This document shows positions 20,004 to 28,649 of a stretch of DNA of 64,000 nt, in pieces. The stretch lies in the IMG/VR virus record IMGVR_UViG_3300043466_001354. The stretch is one strand, 5' to 3'. The position numbers and the translations under genes are program-made. Source of the DNA: a virus (Duplodnaviria > Heunggongvirae > Uroviricota > Caudoviricetes). The first letter of the stretch is position 1; every line of letters begins with the position of its first letter. Under the pieces are notes generated by a model, which did no database searches, was not told where the DNA came from, and was given only the letters and a program-made list of their open reading frames with translations.

Positions 20004-20032
20004 AGTCTATACTGATTCTGAACGAATGTCAA
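20004..20032 (-). promoter_or_regulatory. Early promoter cassette, diverged copy (TTGACA-17-TAGACT)
   Basis: Same gattctgaacgaatgtcaacc core. Confidence 0.5.
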
Positions 20033-20700
20033 CCGTTTTCATGAAGAAGTTTGTACTTTTTTCGAACCTTTAAGAACTCTGGCAAGTAATCGTATGTGTT
20101 GACTTTAAAGACTTGTGGCTCTGAGTCGTCAACCATTATGACTATGGCAGCTTGCTTGATAGGTATGCCAGTCATCTCGTAGAAAGCAGCCGCATAGAAC
20201 GCAGCCTGAATGAAATACCCAAGGATCCATTCCTTCTTCTTTTCTTTTCTTGATGTTTTGAAATCTATGATAGAGAGTTCGCCGTCGAACTCGGCTATAC
20301 AGTCAGTCTGACCTGCGCACTTTAGGCTATCGCTGTATAGAAAGGTTTCTTGGAACCATACATTGTTTACTCTTTCATCAAGTATCTTTTTGATCTGATT
20401 GAACGAGAATAGGTTCCCCGGCATATGATCTTTTTGCCATTCTGGTTCGTTATTGAGATAGTCCTCGGCTAGCTTGTGTACTGCGGTACCTCGCCCTGCG
20501 GCTTGTTTAGAGATACGGTTCGCTTCTTCTTCGCCGACTCTCTTACGCCATTCGATTAGGCCATCTTTGTCCATAACAGACAAAACCGTCGTGATTGACG
20601 GATACGCATTGCCTTCTGGCGTATAATACTTTCTTCCACTTTCGGTAGTCTTCCTAGTGATAACAGGAAGCACCAACCCATGATCTACGTGTTGAAACAT
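20029..20700 (-). CDS. PD-(D/E)xK-type nuclease-like protein
   Basis: D...E...IIDFKTS-like arrangement reminiscent of the RecB/Cas4-like nuclease core; weak. Confidence 0.35.
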   Translation of the reverse strand: MFQHVDHGLVLPVITRKTTESGRKYYTPEGNAYPSITTVLSVMDKDGLIEWRKRVGEEEANRISKQAAGRGTAVHKLAEDYLNNEPEWQKDHMPGNLFSFNQIKKILDERVNNVWFQETFLYSDSLKCAGQTDCIAEFDGELSIIDFKTSRKEKKKEWILGYFIQAAFYAAAFYEMTGIPIKQAAIVIMVDDSEPQVFKVNTYDYLPEFLKVRKKYKLLHENG

Positions 20701-21006
20701 TCACCCTCCGCATGATACTTTACCTGACCCAGTTGCCACAGACCCAGCGTCGGCCGAGTCTCCTACACGCGCAACCGGTATTCCTGCTATCGTTACTTTT
20801 GAAGAACCCGCATTGATAACAGAAGAATGCGGGACACAAACTGGTCCCGCATTAATAGTATGAGGTGCAATTGCATCACCTTGCACAGCGACTCTCTTTC
20901 CACCTATCGTAACCTTTGTCTGAAGAGAACCTTGTATGAGAGCGGTGCCGTCACAACCGTGACCGGTGGTGATCGTATCAACAGTACAGACGGCAACCGC
21001 TGGCAT
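20701..21006 (-). CDS. PAAR-repeat spike-tip protein (gp5.4-like)
   Basis: 101 aa, Gly/Val-rich with GD...G...PVARVGD (PAAR-like motif). Confidence 0.5.
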   Translation of the reverse strand: MPAVAVCTVDTITTGHGCDGTALIQGSLQTKVTIGGKRVAVQGDAIAPHTINAGPVCVPHSSVINAGSSKVTIAGIPVARVGDSADAGSVATGSGKVSCGG

Positions 21007-21021
21007 ACGTAATTCTCCTCT

Positions 21022-21771
21022 TTACGCGTAGTCTAAAACTTTTTCTTCTGCGAGGATAAACGACTTCACGAGACCAGATCTTACGATGTCATCGACTGTG
21101 AATTCTATCGTTTTAAACTCTCTTATCTCTTTCAACACATTGATAAAGCTCGATAGTCCAGAGCGATCCAATCGGTTCTTAGAATTTCGAAGGTCGTCCT
21201 GCTTCGTATCACCACAGAAAATAATCTTAGAAGACTCGCCAACACGAGTCATAATTGATCTTATTTCTTCGTATGTCATGTTCTGGCATTCGTCAACTAC
21301 GATGACTGAGTTATCGAAAGTAAGACCACGAACAAACGAAGAGCTCATGAATTCGATGCATCCTTGCTGTTTCATAATGCTATAGCCATCAGATCTTCCA
21401 AACAAATCGTTTACTATATCTATATATGGCGTCTCATAGTATGCTATTTTTTCCTTAAGACTACCTGGCATAAATCCTTGATCGCGAGTCTGAACCGCAG
21501 ATCGAATGACTATGACCTTTTCGTAGTTCTTTGTCTCCATCACGTCGTTCAACGCGAGATAGAGAGCACACATTGTTTTACCTGTTCCTGCTGTTCCGAT
21601 GGCCGCTATGTTGTATCCTTGTTTATAATCGTCGAATAGCATCTCTTGAGTTGAAGTAATTGGTTGTATCTTTTTCATTGTGAACTTCTGATTAACTACG
21701 TTCACTATATTATCTAGATTTCTTTCATGTCTTCTTTTTTCTTTTCGAGATAGACGACGTGATACTACCAT
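21022..21771 (-). CDS. phoH: PhoH-like ATPase
   Basis: Walker A GTAGTGKT and DExQ-like VDECQN; typical PhoH length. Confidence 0.9.
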   Translation of the reverse strand: MVVSRRLSRKEKRRHERNLDNIVNVVNQKFTMKKIQPITSTQEMLFDDYKQGYNIAAIGTAGTGKTMCALYLALNDVMETKNYEKVIVIRSAVQTRDQGFMPGSLKEKIAYYETPYIDIVNDLFGRSDGYSIMKQQGCIEFMSSSFVRGLTFDNSVIVVDECQNMTYEEIRSIMTRVGESSKIIFCGDTKQDDLRNSKNRLDRSGLSSFINVLKEIREFKTIEFTVDDIVRSGLVKSFILAEEKVLDYA

Positions 21772-21787
21772 GCGGCCTCCTTATGAC

Positions 21788-22021
21788 TTAAAAGTCATTG
21801 ATTGTGTTATGTTTATGAACCTTTGCTTTTTTCAACACATCACGAAAATTATCATCGGGCTTGCGAATGCCGATGCGTACCGAGTCAACTGTCCCCGGGA
21901 ATCGAGTAAATATTTGTACTATGTGGGAGTTGTTTTTTAGATACTCATCAAGCTCAGAGTATCGCATTGTAGCTTCGTATTCTTCTTTAGTTTCAGTATC
22001 TCTAAAGCTATATACCGGCAT
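21788..22021 (-). CDS. Hypothetical protein
   Basis: 77-aa ORF with RBS AACAGGAGACT. Confidence 0.4.
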   Translation of the reverse strand: MPVYSFRDTETKEEYEATMRYSELDEYLKNNSHIVQIFTRFPGTVDSVRIGIRKPDDNFRDVLKKAKVHKHNTINDF

Positions 22022-22039
22022 TTAGTCTCCTGTTAATAA

Positions 22040-22068
22040 CAAAGGGCGATCCCGCAAGATCGCCACAT
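22040..22068 (-). terminator. Rho-independent terminator GGCGATC-TTGCGG-GATCGCC plus CTTTGTTATT
   Basis: Perfect 7-bp GC stem with a U-rich tail downstream of the HAD gene on the minus strand. Confidence 0.6.
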
Positions 22069-22105
22069 CATGATATAGATCTGCTTAATTGTATTTATTC
22101 CTGTA

Positions 22106-22738
22106 CTACTCTGAGTCTACGACGATATCGTAGATTTGTTTCCAATTATTTACTCTTAGGTACTGAGGTTCATCAAATGGATGTTCAATGTAATTTAGGT
22201 TGTATGAATGATTGATGAGAATTGATCGCAGGCCAAGTTCGTGCCCCATGATAGCATTCGATACTTTATCCTCTACCCAGTAGAGTCTAGAGTCTTTGTA
22301 CTCTTCAAGGATTGGTCTCTTTGCCCTACTTGACTCTGTACATACAAGCCGTTTAATCACATTAGAACCAAAGAGATCGTTAAGATTCTTGAGGCGAAGA
22401 TCATGTACGCGATGATGAGTACCACAGGCAGTGATGCAATGGAATACATATCCGTGCTCTTCGTGTAGCTTTCGAATGTACTTAATCGCATCTTTCAGAG
22501 GAGGTAGATGGCCTAGGTGGATACTCTCGTTAAACATATCGACCATAAAGTCAGCTTGCTGTTTACTGATACCATAGAGATCTTCAATCTCATATACGTC
22601 GTCGCGATACAACCACGGATGAATATTATTATCTCTTTCGACAACGTTTTCGAAACCGTGTCTCTCCATGAAATTGTTGAATTCGTTTTTCCAAACAACC
22701 ATACAACCATCGACGTCAGATAGTATCACCTTAGACAT
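22106..22738 (-). CDS. HAD-superfamily hydrolase (nucleotidase or phosphatase-like)
   Basis: N-terminal motif I ILSDVDGCMV (DxDG). Confidence 0.5.
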   Translation of the reverse strand: MSKVILSDVDGCMVVWKNEFNNFMERHGFENVVERDNNIHPWLYRDDVYEIEDLYGISKQQADFMVDMFNESIHLGHLPPLKDAIKYIRKLHEEHGYVFHCITACGTHHRVHDLRLKNLNDLFGSNVIKRLVCTESSRAKRPILEEYKDSRLYWVEDKVSNAIMGHELGLRSILINHSYNLNYIEHPFDEPQYLRVNNWKQIYDIVVDSE

Positions 22739-22893
22739 TAATCATCAGCCTTTTCATCAAATCGAGAAAATTTCTCAGCGGTCTTTTTTCGACGCTGATC
22801 GCGACGTTTCTGAAGTTCACGATCCTTGTCATCAGAATCGTCATTCCAATCATCATCCCACTGCTCGCGGAATTTCTTAAACGACTTTGCCAT
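22738..22893 (-). CDS. Small highly charged protein (51 aa; below the ORF-track cutoff)
   Basis: ATG..TAATG stop-start overlap with the HAD gene; E/D/K/R-rich. Confidence 0.3.
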   Translation of the reverse strand: MAKSFKKFREQWDDDWNDDSDDKDRELQKRRDQRRKKTAEKFSRFDEKADD

Positions 22894-23323
22894 CTTGTTC
22901 CTCTTTTACTCCTTCGATTAATCCTGGGAACGATTGTACTATAACACTTCGAGGCAGACCTGTCAATGGTTTTTGTGCAATCATCTTACACAAAAGTTCT
23001 GCATCACCATTATCAATATCTTCTAAAAGACTGATGAAAAGGTTTTCGCGTTTGACTTGATTAAGAGTATCGTAGCCGCCACCCTTCACAAAGATACGAA
23101 GACGTCTTGCTTCTTTCAAAAGCATACCTTCAACGCCGATGTAGCTGTTCTTCTTCCAAGGCGGAGGAGTGTTTGGAATAAGGAATTCCACACTCTTATC
23201 ATAGGTGTTCTTAAGTATTGTTCGAAGTGGAACAGAATCATTCTTACGAAGCCATTCGATCTTTTCTTGATTCGTCTTTAGTTCTGCCGCTTTATTTACA
23301 ATTTCCGATAGGGAGAGTAACAT
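22877..23323 (-). CDS. Hypothetical protein
   Basis: 148-aa ORF. Confidence 0.4.
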   Translation of the reverse strand: MLLSLSEIVNKAAELKTNQEKIEWLRKNDSVPLRTILKNTYDKSVEFLIPNTPPPWKKNSYIGVEGMLLKEARRLRIFVKGGGYDTLNQVKRENLFISLLEDIDNGDAELLCKMIAQKPLTGLPRSVIVQSFPGLIEGVKEEQDGKVV

Positions 23324-24184
23324 TCAAAAGTCCTGTATATCAGTGATTAAATTTTTAAGTTTGTTCTTCATAAAGTAATCAAATAGTTGAGATCTCCCAA
23401 CTTCTTTATCCACGCTGTAGTCTTCAAGGATTTTCTTTTTATAAGCATCTGGAATCTCAGTCAGATCAATCATCATCTTATTACGATGATAGTTTCTAAC
23501 TGTATTTTCATCCATGTGATCAGGGCCTTTCAAAAAATTGGCCAGGCGATTCGCAGTCATCATTTTTTGGCGTTCACCAATCGCAAGACAGTTGTCTGGA
23601 GATAGAATGTTCGGTACACCGTCACCGCTGTCGCCTTTAATGATATGTTCCATGAGGTATTTATCGGGATCTGAATTCTGAACCCATTTCTTGCGAACCG
23701 GATCGTACTGCTTTACGTTTGCATACTTATGCAATTGGATGTAGTCTTTATCACCCGAAAGGATAAGGAACTGCTCAGCGCCGATGTTTAGTTCTGTTCC
23801 ATGCTCATGGACGACAGCACCGATGATGTCGTCTGCTTCACAGTGGTCGATATGAATGACCTTATAAGGGAAGTGATCTTTAAGCTCAGAACGAATGGTA
23901 TTGATCATTCGAAACAGTTCGTTCCAATCGAGCTCAGACTCTTCACGAGACTTTCTGCGGTTTGCTTTGTAGTAAGGAAAGGTTTCTCGCCGCCAAGAGT
24001 TCTTACCGTCGGCGCAGATAACGATCTCACCGAACTCTTTATGAAACTTTTTTCGGTTTGAACGGATTGAGTTTAGAAACATATGACGAAGAAGATTTTC
24101 ATCCAAGTCAATGTTGTGGTGATTGCCGATACCGACAAATAGTGATGCTAGGATCACTTGGTTGAAGTCAATGAGTATTGCCAT
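23324..24184 (-). CDS. rnh: RNase H / 5'-3' flap exonuclease (T4 rnh-like)
   Basis: IDFNQ, WRR..FPYYKANR, REES.WDW, IDHCEADDIIG, SGDKDY.QLHKY.NVKQ match T4 RNase H. Confidence 0.85.
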   Translation of the reverse strand: MAILIDFNQVILASLFVGIGNHHNIDLDENLLRHMFLNSIRSNRKKFHKEFGEIVICADGKNSWRRETFPYYKANRRKSREESELDWNELFRMINTIRSELKDHFPYKVIHIDHCEADDIIGAVVHEHGTELNIGAEQFLILSGDKDYIQLHKYANVKQYDPVRKKWVQNSDPDKYLMEHIIKGDSGDGVPNILSPDNCLAIGERQKMMTANRLANFLKGPDHMDENTVRNYHRNKMMIDLTEIPDAYKKKILEDYSVDKEVGRSQLFDYFMKNKLKNLITDIQDF

Positions 24185-24226
24185 GTTGTATGTGTTTCTC
24201 TTATATTTGGATCTTATGAGTCTATA

Positions 24227-24568
24227 CTACTCTAGTAATTCACCAATGTCAATCATTTCTTTGTCGATTTCTTCATTTTCTATAAATTCATCTGCAAAGT
24301 CTTGCAGAGGATGATATATGTCGCTTGCCATTAAATGAAGCGAGCGAATTGATTCGAGAAGAAGAATGATGGACGGGTAGTACCTTTCGGTGTCTTGTTC
24401 GAACCTGCACCCAGACCTTACCATCTCGATAAGAACAAGGTTCCAAAGACTTTCTGCGACGTCGTTCGAAAAACTCGTTCTGTATTCCGTAAGTTTTTCG
24501 GATAACTCTTCGAGTGATTGTGGTGGTGAGTCGAGTTTCATTCGAGGGAATTTTATGATTTCAGCCAT
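24227..24568 (-). CDS. Hypothetical protein
   Basis: 113-aa acidic ORF. Confidence 0.4.
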   Translation of the reverse strand: MAEIIKFPRMKLDSPPQSLEELSEKLTEYRTSFSNDVAESLWNLVLIEMVRSGCRFEQDTERYYPSIILLLESIRSLHLMASDIYHPLQDFADEFIENEEIDKEMIDIGELLE

Positions 24569-25514
24569 TACTTAAACGCCTCAACAAGTTAATCCAAGAG
24601 TTCTTAAAGGTATTTATGCTATTCCGTGGAAGGTTACATGCGTCCGAATTCGTTATCTTATTAATGAAGTTTTCGTCGATACGCTGGGCATCAAGTATGT
24701 TCTTTACTGCAGAAAAAGAACGGTTCGCATGCTCGTTTCTATCCTCAGTATATTCATACATTAGAGTAGCGTTAGAAGACGTTTCTGGCAGAGCTGCATA
24801 ATTAGGATGGATCACCAATACACCAGAACGTATCGCTTCTATCATCGCGATACAAGACGTTTCCTGCCATATTGAAGGGAAAAGGAAGATATGAGATTCC
24901 TTCAGAGCTTCGAGAACTTCTTCGTTACTCTTTGATCCATGATATGTAATTCGTGGATGAGCTTTGAGTTTTTCGAACAAGTTTTCATATGGCTTATCAC
25001 GTTGTTCCCAACCATAAATCTTAAAGGATGAGTATACATCCAGATGAATGTTGTCGTATTGTTTGCTGAGAGCATCAAAGATCGGATAGACGAGTTCCAA
25101 TCCACGATGCGGAGTCGTGTGATAGATGAAACGAATTTGATCGGTTCTCTTTTGATGCGGGTGATACTCCAACTCAATCGCATTGTGTATTACGCTACAC
25201 TTCGAGTATGGAATCTGATAGATGAGCATGTATTGATCACGCTGCCAATACGAAACGAAAACAAAGTGATCGAACTTTTGCCAACCGCCGTCACGAAGAA
25301 CAGCATTCTCTGGATCAAAAACTAAATCATGGCAGTAGAAAATGTTTTTCACATCTTTGTGCATCTCACGAGGCCTCGAGAAGTGAACTGCAAAATTCTG
25401 TAGAAGTTCCGGCGGAACATTATTAAGCAGCCTCTCTCGCATCATCTCAGTGCCTCCACGAGCATTGCGAGAGAGGTTTGTATCTACAATGTTTCCCTTG
25501 TAAATACAGCTCAT
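24561..25514 (-). CDS. Glycosyltransferase (GT-B fold, GT4-like C-terminal domain)
   Basis: C-terminal IFLFPSIWQETSCIAMIEAIRSGVLVI resembles the GT4 E-x7-E donor-binding region. Confidence 0.5.
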   Translation of the reverse strand: MSCIYKGNIVDTNLSRNARGGTEMMRERLLNNVPPELLQNFAVHFSRPREMHKDVKNIFYCHDLVFDPENAVLRDGGWQKFDHFVFVSYWQRDQYMLIYQIPYSKCSVIHNAIELEYHPHQKRTDQIRFIYHTTPHRGLELVYPIFDALSKQYDNIHLDVYSSFKIYGWEQRDKPYENLFEKLKAHPRITYHGSKSNEEVLEALKESHIFLFPSIWQETSCIAMIEAIRSGVLVIHPNYAALPETSSNATLMYEYTEDRNEHANRSFSAVKNILDAQRIDENFINKITNSDACNLPRNSINTFKNSWINLLRRLSNG

Positions 25515-25774
25515 TATTTGTCTACTGTGCTGAACTCTTTAAGAGAGTCCCAACGGAAAGAACGCCATCCGTTTGCTTCAACATCCCAGACCGCAAGCAC
25601 AGTGTGGTTTGGAATCTTCTTTTGAATTGCTTCTTCAAGATCTACTTGAGCTGGCAGAAACTCATTTGATAGAGTGCAGTGCATCACTCGAGTCTCACCG
25701 TTTGCTTTTGTGAAAACGACCTTGCAGATCGTTTCGTTTAGCTTTTTAATGATATCGTCTTTATCATAATTCAT
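25514..25774 (-). CDS. Hypothetical protein
   Basis: 86-aa ORF coupled to the GT gene. Confidence 0.4.
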   Translation of the reverse strand: MNYDKDDIIKKLNETICKVVFTKANGETRVMHCTLSNEFLPAQVDLEEAIQKKIPNHTVLAVWDVEANGWRSFRWDSLKEFSTVDK

Positions 25775-25784
25775 AACTGTTTCC

Positions 25785-26063
25785 TTAGGTCATAGCAAAG
25801 ATTTTTTTGGAGCGCTCTTTTGCGGGTCCACCGTTCAGATCGTTCATTCGAACACGAATGAAACGCTTATTCGTCTGTTCTTTGTTTGGATTCTCGATGG
25901 TCAGCCATGGGTTCGATCCATTCACCCATGCACGCTGCTTATTGAGCATGTCATCGGCGCCAGTTCTTTCGGCGCGAATGCTATTCAAAAGCTTGGAGTT
26001 AACGTTTTTGTTTTCGCCCTTAGAAACATAATTTTTACCGGACGAGCTCTTTCCCTTTGCCAT
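25785..26063 (-). CDS. Hypothetical basic protein
   Basis: 92-aa K/N-rich ORF. Confidence 0.4.
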   Translation of the reverse strand: MAKGKSSSGKNYVSKGENKNVNSKLLNSIRAERTGADDMLNKQRAWVNGSNPWLTIENPNKEQTNKRFIRVRMNDLNGGPAKERSKKIFAMT

Positions 26064-26077
26064 AATATAGTATCTCC

Positions 26078-26368
26078 TTAGTTGGTCATTTCAAGTGTTA
26101 CGAGGTTAAGATCTTTAAGTATCTTGAAGTTAAGAGTTGTTAGATCGACTTCTGGGTCTAATCTCAATAGAGAGATGAGTCTATCGACGAATATAAGTTC
26201 CTTATCATGTTCTGACGCAATTGATAACGATTCGAATAATGTCTCTAAGTCGTATGGATTTTCATAGAAAACCCTAGGTTTTGTTTTCTGTTTTTGCATC
26301 ACGTTCCTTATCGTAAATATCTTGGAGAACATCATGGAACTCCTCAAGAGAACCATTGTTATGTACAC
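26078..26368 (-). CDS. Hypothetical protein
   Basis: 96-aa ORF; the start is uncertain because it overlaps the next gene. Confidence 0.3.
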   Translation of the reverse strand: MYITMVLLRSSMMFSKIFTIRNVMQKQKTKPRVFYENPYDLETLFESLSIASEHDKELIFVDRLISLLRLDPEVDLTTLNFKILKDLNLVTLEMTN

Positions 26369-26909
26369 GATAGGTACGGATTGGAAATTTGTGAGAGAGC
26401 ACGTGTTCGCTATCGATCTCTGTCGTCTCGCGAATAACGTATTCTTTTTCTAATCTTCCATTGAAATATCGGCGTGAGTCTGAAGAGTAGTCGCACCCAT
26501 TGCGTGTAAGCTGAACCAATAGTATATTTTCAGCTCTAACTCTATTTATTAATGGAACTAATTCCTCTTCGAAGCCGCCGTCTGAGATCGCGTAGTCAAC
26601 GCCATCTTCGATCTTCGATGCCACTGCGACACCAAATACGTCCTTACCGAAGGCAGGTTTCGTGATCACTTCTGATACATAGATCATAGCTTCTCGTCTC
26701 GACATGTCTTCGAGAAGTTCTTCTTTTCTCTCTTTGACGGATCTATCGTTATAGCCATCCATGAACCATTCTTTGTCAACGCCAAAGAAAGAGATGGTCT
26801 CTTCGAATAGAACATCCTTAAAACTTAAATGAGTAAATCCGCGGCGAGCGAAATACGCCGCAGATTCATCTTTACCAGATCCAGGAGGACCATTAAAAAT
26901 TACGATCAA
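26274..26909 (-). CDS. dNMP kinase (T4 gp1-like P-loop kinase)
   Basis: FNGPPGSGKDESA P-loop and YAISDGGFEEE parallel T4 gp1 SGVKRSGKDT and YIVPDTRQDHE. Confidence 0.5.
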   Translation of the reverse strand: MIVIFNGPPGSGKDESAAYFARRGFTHLSFKDVLFEETISFFGVDKEWFMDGYNDRSVKERKEELLEDMSRREAMIYVSEVITKPAFGKDVFGVAVASKIEDGVDYAISDGGFEEELVPLINRVRAENILLVQLTRNGCDYSSDSRRYFNGRLEKEYVIRETTEIDSEHVLSHKFPIRTYRVHNNGSLEEFHDVLQDIYDKERDAKTENKT

Positions 26910-27127
26910 AACCTATGCTCCTCCGTCGATGCTTCTGCAAATGCTTCATCCCACTCCTTGGCAGTGATACCGGAAAGAATGAACTCGCGGTCGGTATCGT
27001 TAAGATACGGCATCAGCTCCTGAATGTTGCCTAGGCCAGTTTCCCAAGCAGCCATGTCGTCAGGGTTAACCGGAATGTTGCGAGTACGCTCAACACCAGT
27101 CAGAATGCTCTTACGCTTGATCCACAT
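26906..27127 (-). CDS. Hypothetical protein
   Basis: 73-aa ORF. Confidence 0.4.
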   Translation of the reverse strand: MWIKRKSILTGVERTRNIPVNPDDMAAWETGLGNIQELMPYLNDTDREFILSGITAKEWDEAFAEASTEEHRF

Positions 27128-27677
27128 TTTCTTTTTCCTTTATGAAGCCTAGCTTTGCGATATAGTAGGAATCAACAATGTCCGAAACCGGATTCCATTG
27201 ATTCTTATTTAATATATCCAATTCTACGCGAATGTCAACCATTGTTTCTTCAAAAAAGCTTTCATACATCTTTTCTTTGTTTGCGTTTCCCTTCGTGGTA
27301 GCAAACTTTTTGATCTCGGGTGGCGCAAACACTTGAAAGGGAATCTTGTCTTTCCAAAGACGATACTTTAGTTGGCCGGTGTTCTCTGCTATCTGAAAGA
27401 CTCGGCCGACAGCATTGAAGGCGTATCCTTCAATGAAGCACTTAGTTACGTTGTTTGATGTGAGAGTCTTGAGTGACCACTTTGAGAGGTTATCGTATCG
27501 ATGCGCGTCGCAAAGATACTCTTGATACATCTCTCCATAGAACTGCCCAGAGACAACGACTGATTTCTCTCGATGTACGACATAGTAGAAACGGCAGTTT
27601 TTCACGTTCCATTCATCGCCCTCGTGAACGCATATAGCGGGGCTCGTCAAACTATAATCAATACCAGCAACTATCAT
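27111..27677 (-). CDS. Hypothetical protein
   Basis: 188-aa ORF; contains an internal promoter-like TTGACA-16-TATATT at 27211-27238. Confidence 0.45.
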   Translation of the reverse strand: MIVAGIDYSLTSPAICVHEGDEWNVKNCRFYYVVHREKSVVVSGQFYGEMYQEYLCDAHRYDNLSKWSLKTLTSNNVTKCFIEGYAFNAVGRVFQIAENTGQLKYRLWKDKIPFQVFAPPEIKKFATTKGNANKEKMYESFFEETMVDIRVELDILNKNQWNPVSDIVDSYYIAKLGFIKEKENVDQA

Positions 27678-27680
27678 AAA

Positions 27681-27707
27681 ATATCTCCATCTTGTAGAGA
27701 TATTTAT
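27681..27707 (-). terminator. Hairpin AAATATCTC-N9-GAGATATTT just after the epimerase stop codon
   Basis: Perfect 9-bp AT-rich inverted repeat followed by TTTT; possibly an attenuator. Confidence 0.35.
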
Positions 27708-27713
27708 CTTAGA

Positions 27714-28649
27714 CTACTTATGATATGAAGTGTACCAATCAACGAATGAAGCAACACCTTCTTCGATATTGACTGAAGGTTGATAACCATACTTTACAAG
27801 TTTTGATACGTCAGACTGAGTCTCAAGACAATCGCCTGCTTGGTGTTCGATATACTCAATATCAGCTTTCTTTCCAGTCGCCGTTTCGATTGCTTCTACG
27901 AAACGTTTAAGAGTGACTTGCTGAGTGTTACCTATGTTAAAGATCTCGTTCGAAGGAATACTGTCGTTTTCCATCACTATCTGAACACCTTTCACGATAT
28001 CATCAATGTACGTGAAATCGCGCTTCATGTTTCCATAGTTATACAGCTTTATCTTTTCACGATTGAGAATGTTCTTTGTGAAGTCATAGAGAGCCATGTC
28101 GGGTCTACCCCAAGGTCCATATACTGTGAAGAAACGAAGACCGATGTCGTTCAGGCCAGACATCTTAAACTGGCATTCATTAACAAACTTAGTGTATCCA
28201 TACGGACTTATCTGATGAAGAACCGGTTCGTCTTCTCTCCATGGAAGTTGTTCGATTCCAGCGCAGACGCTAGAAGTAGATGCATAGACGACTTTTTCTA
28301 TGCCGTTTTCTTTGCACGCATCAATAACGTTTTGAGTTCCGTCTATGTTTACCTTATGGTAGATACCAGGGTTCTTCATAGAATATCTTACACCCGCCAT
28401 CGCTGCTAGGTGTACAACAATGTCTGGCTTCGCACTCTTAATAAAGCGAGATAGAGCTTCTTTATGAATGATATCTACTAGGTGTACTGGAGGCAAGCGA
28501 AAATGCTTAACTCTATCCACCTTAAGTGTAGCTGGATAGTAATCACAATAGTTGTCAATACCAATTATCTCGTAACCGCAATCGCGAAGACGAGCGGATA
28601 GTGAAGCTCCAATAAATCCTGCTGCACCAGTTACAAGAACTCTTTTCAT
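27714..28649 (-). CDS. NAD-dependent sugar-nucleotide epimerase/dehydratase (UDP-glucuronate or UDP-glucose 4-epimerase-like SDR)
   Basis: GAAGFIG Rossmann motif, catalytic YGYTK (YxxxK) and extended-SDR length. Confidence 0.8.
   Translation of the reverse strand: MKRVLVTGAAGFIGASLSARLRDCGYEIIGIDNYCDYYPATLKVDRVKHFRLPPVHLVDIIHKEALSRFIKSAKPDIVVHLAAMAGVRYSMKNPGIYHKVNIDGTQNVIDACKENGIEKVVYASTSSVCAGIEQLPWREDEPVLHQISPYGYTKFVNECQFKMSGLNDIGLRFFTVYGPWGRPDMALYDFTKNILNREKIKLYNYGNMKRDFTYIDDIVKGVQIVMENDSIPSNEIFNIGNTQQVTLKRFVEAIETATGKKADIEYIEHQAGDCLETQSDVSKLVKYGYQPSVNIEEGVASFVDWYTSYHK

Noticed and set aside
27840-28409. 189-aa plus-strand ORF
   Set aside because: It is antisense to the SDR epimerase gene, which carries the GxxGxxG and YxxxK motifs.
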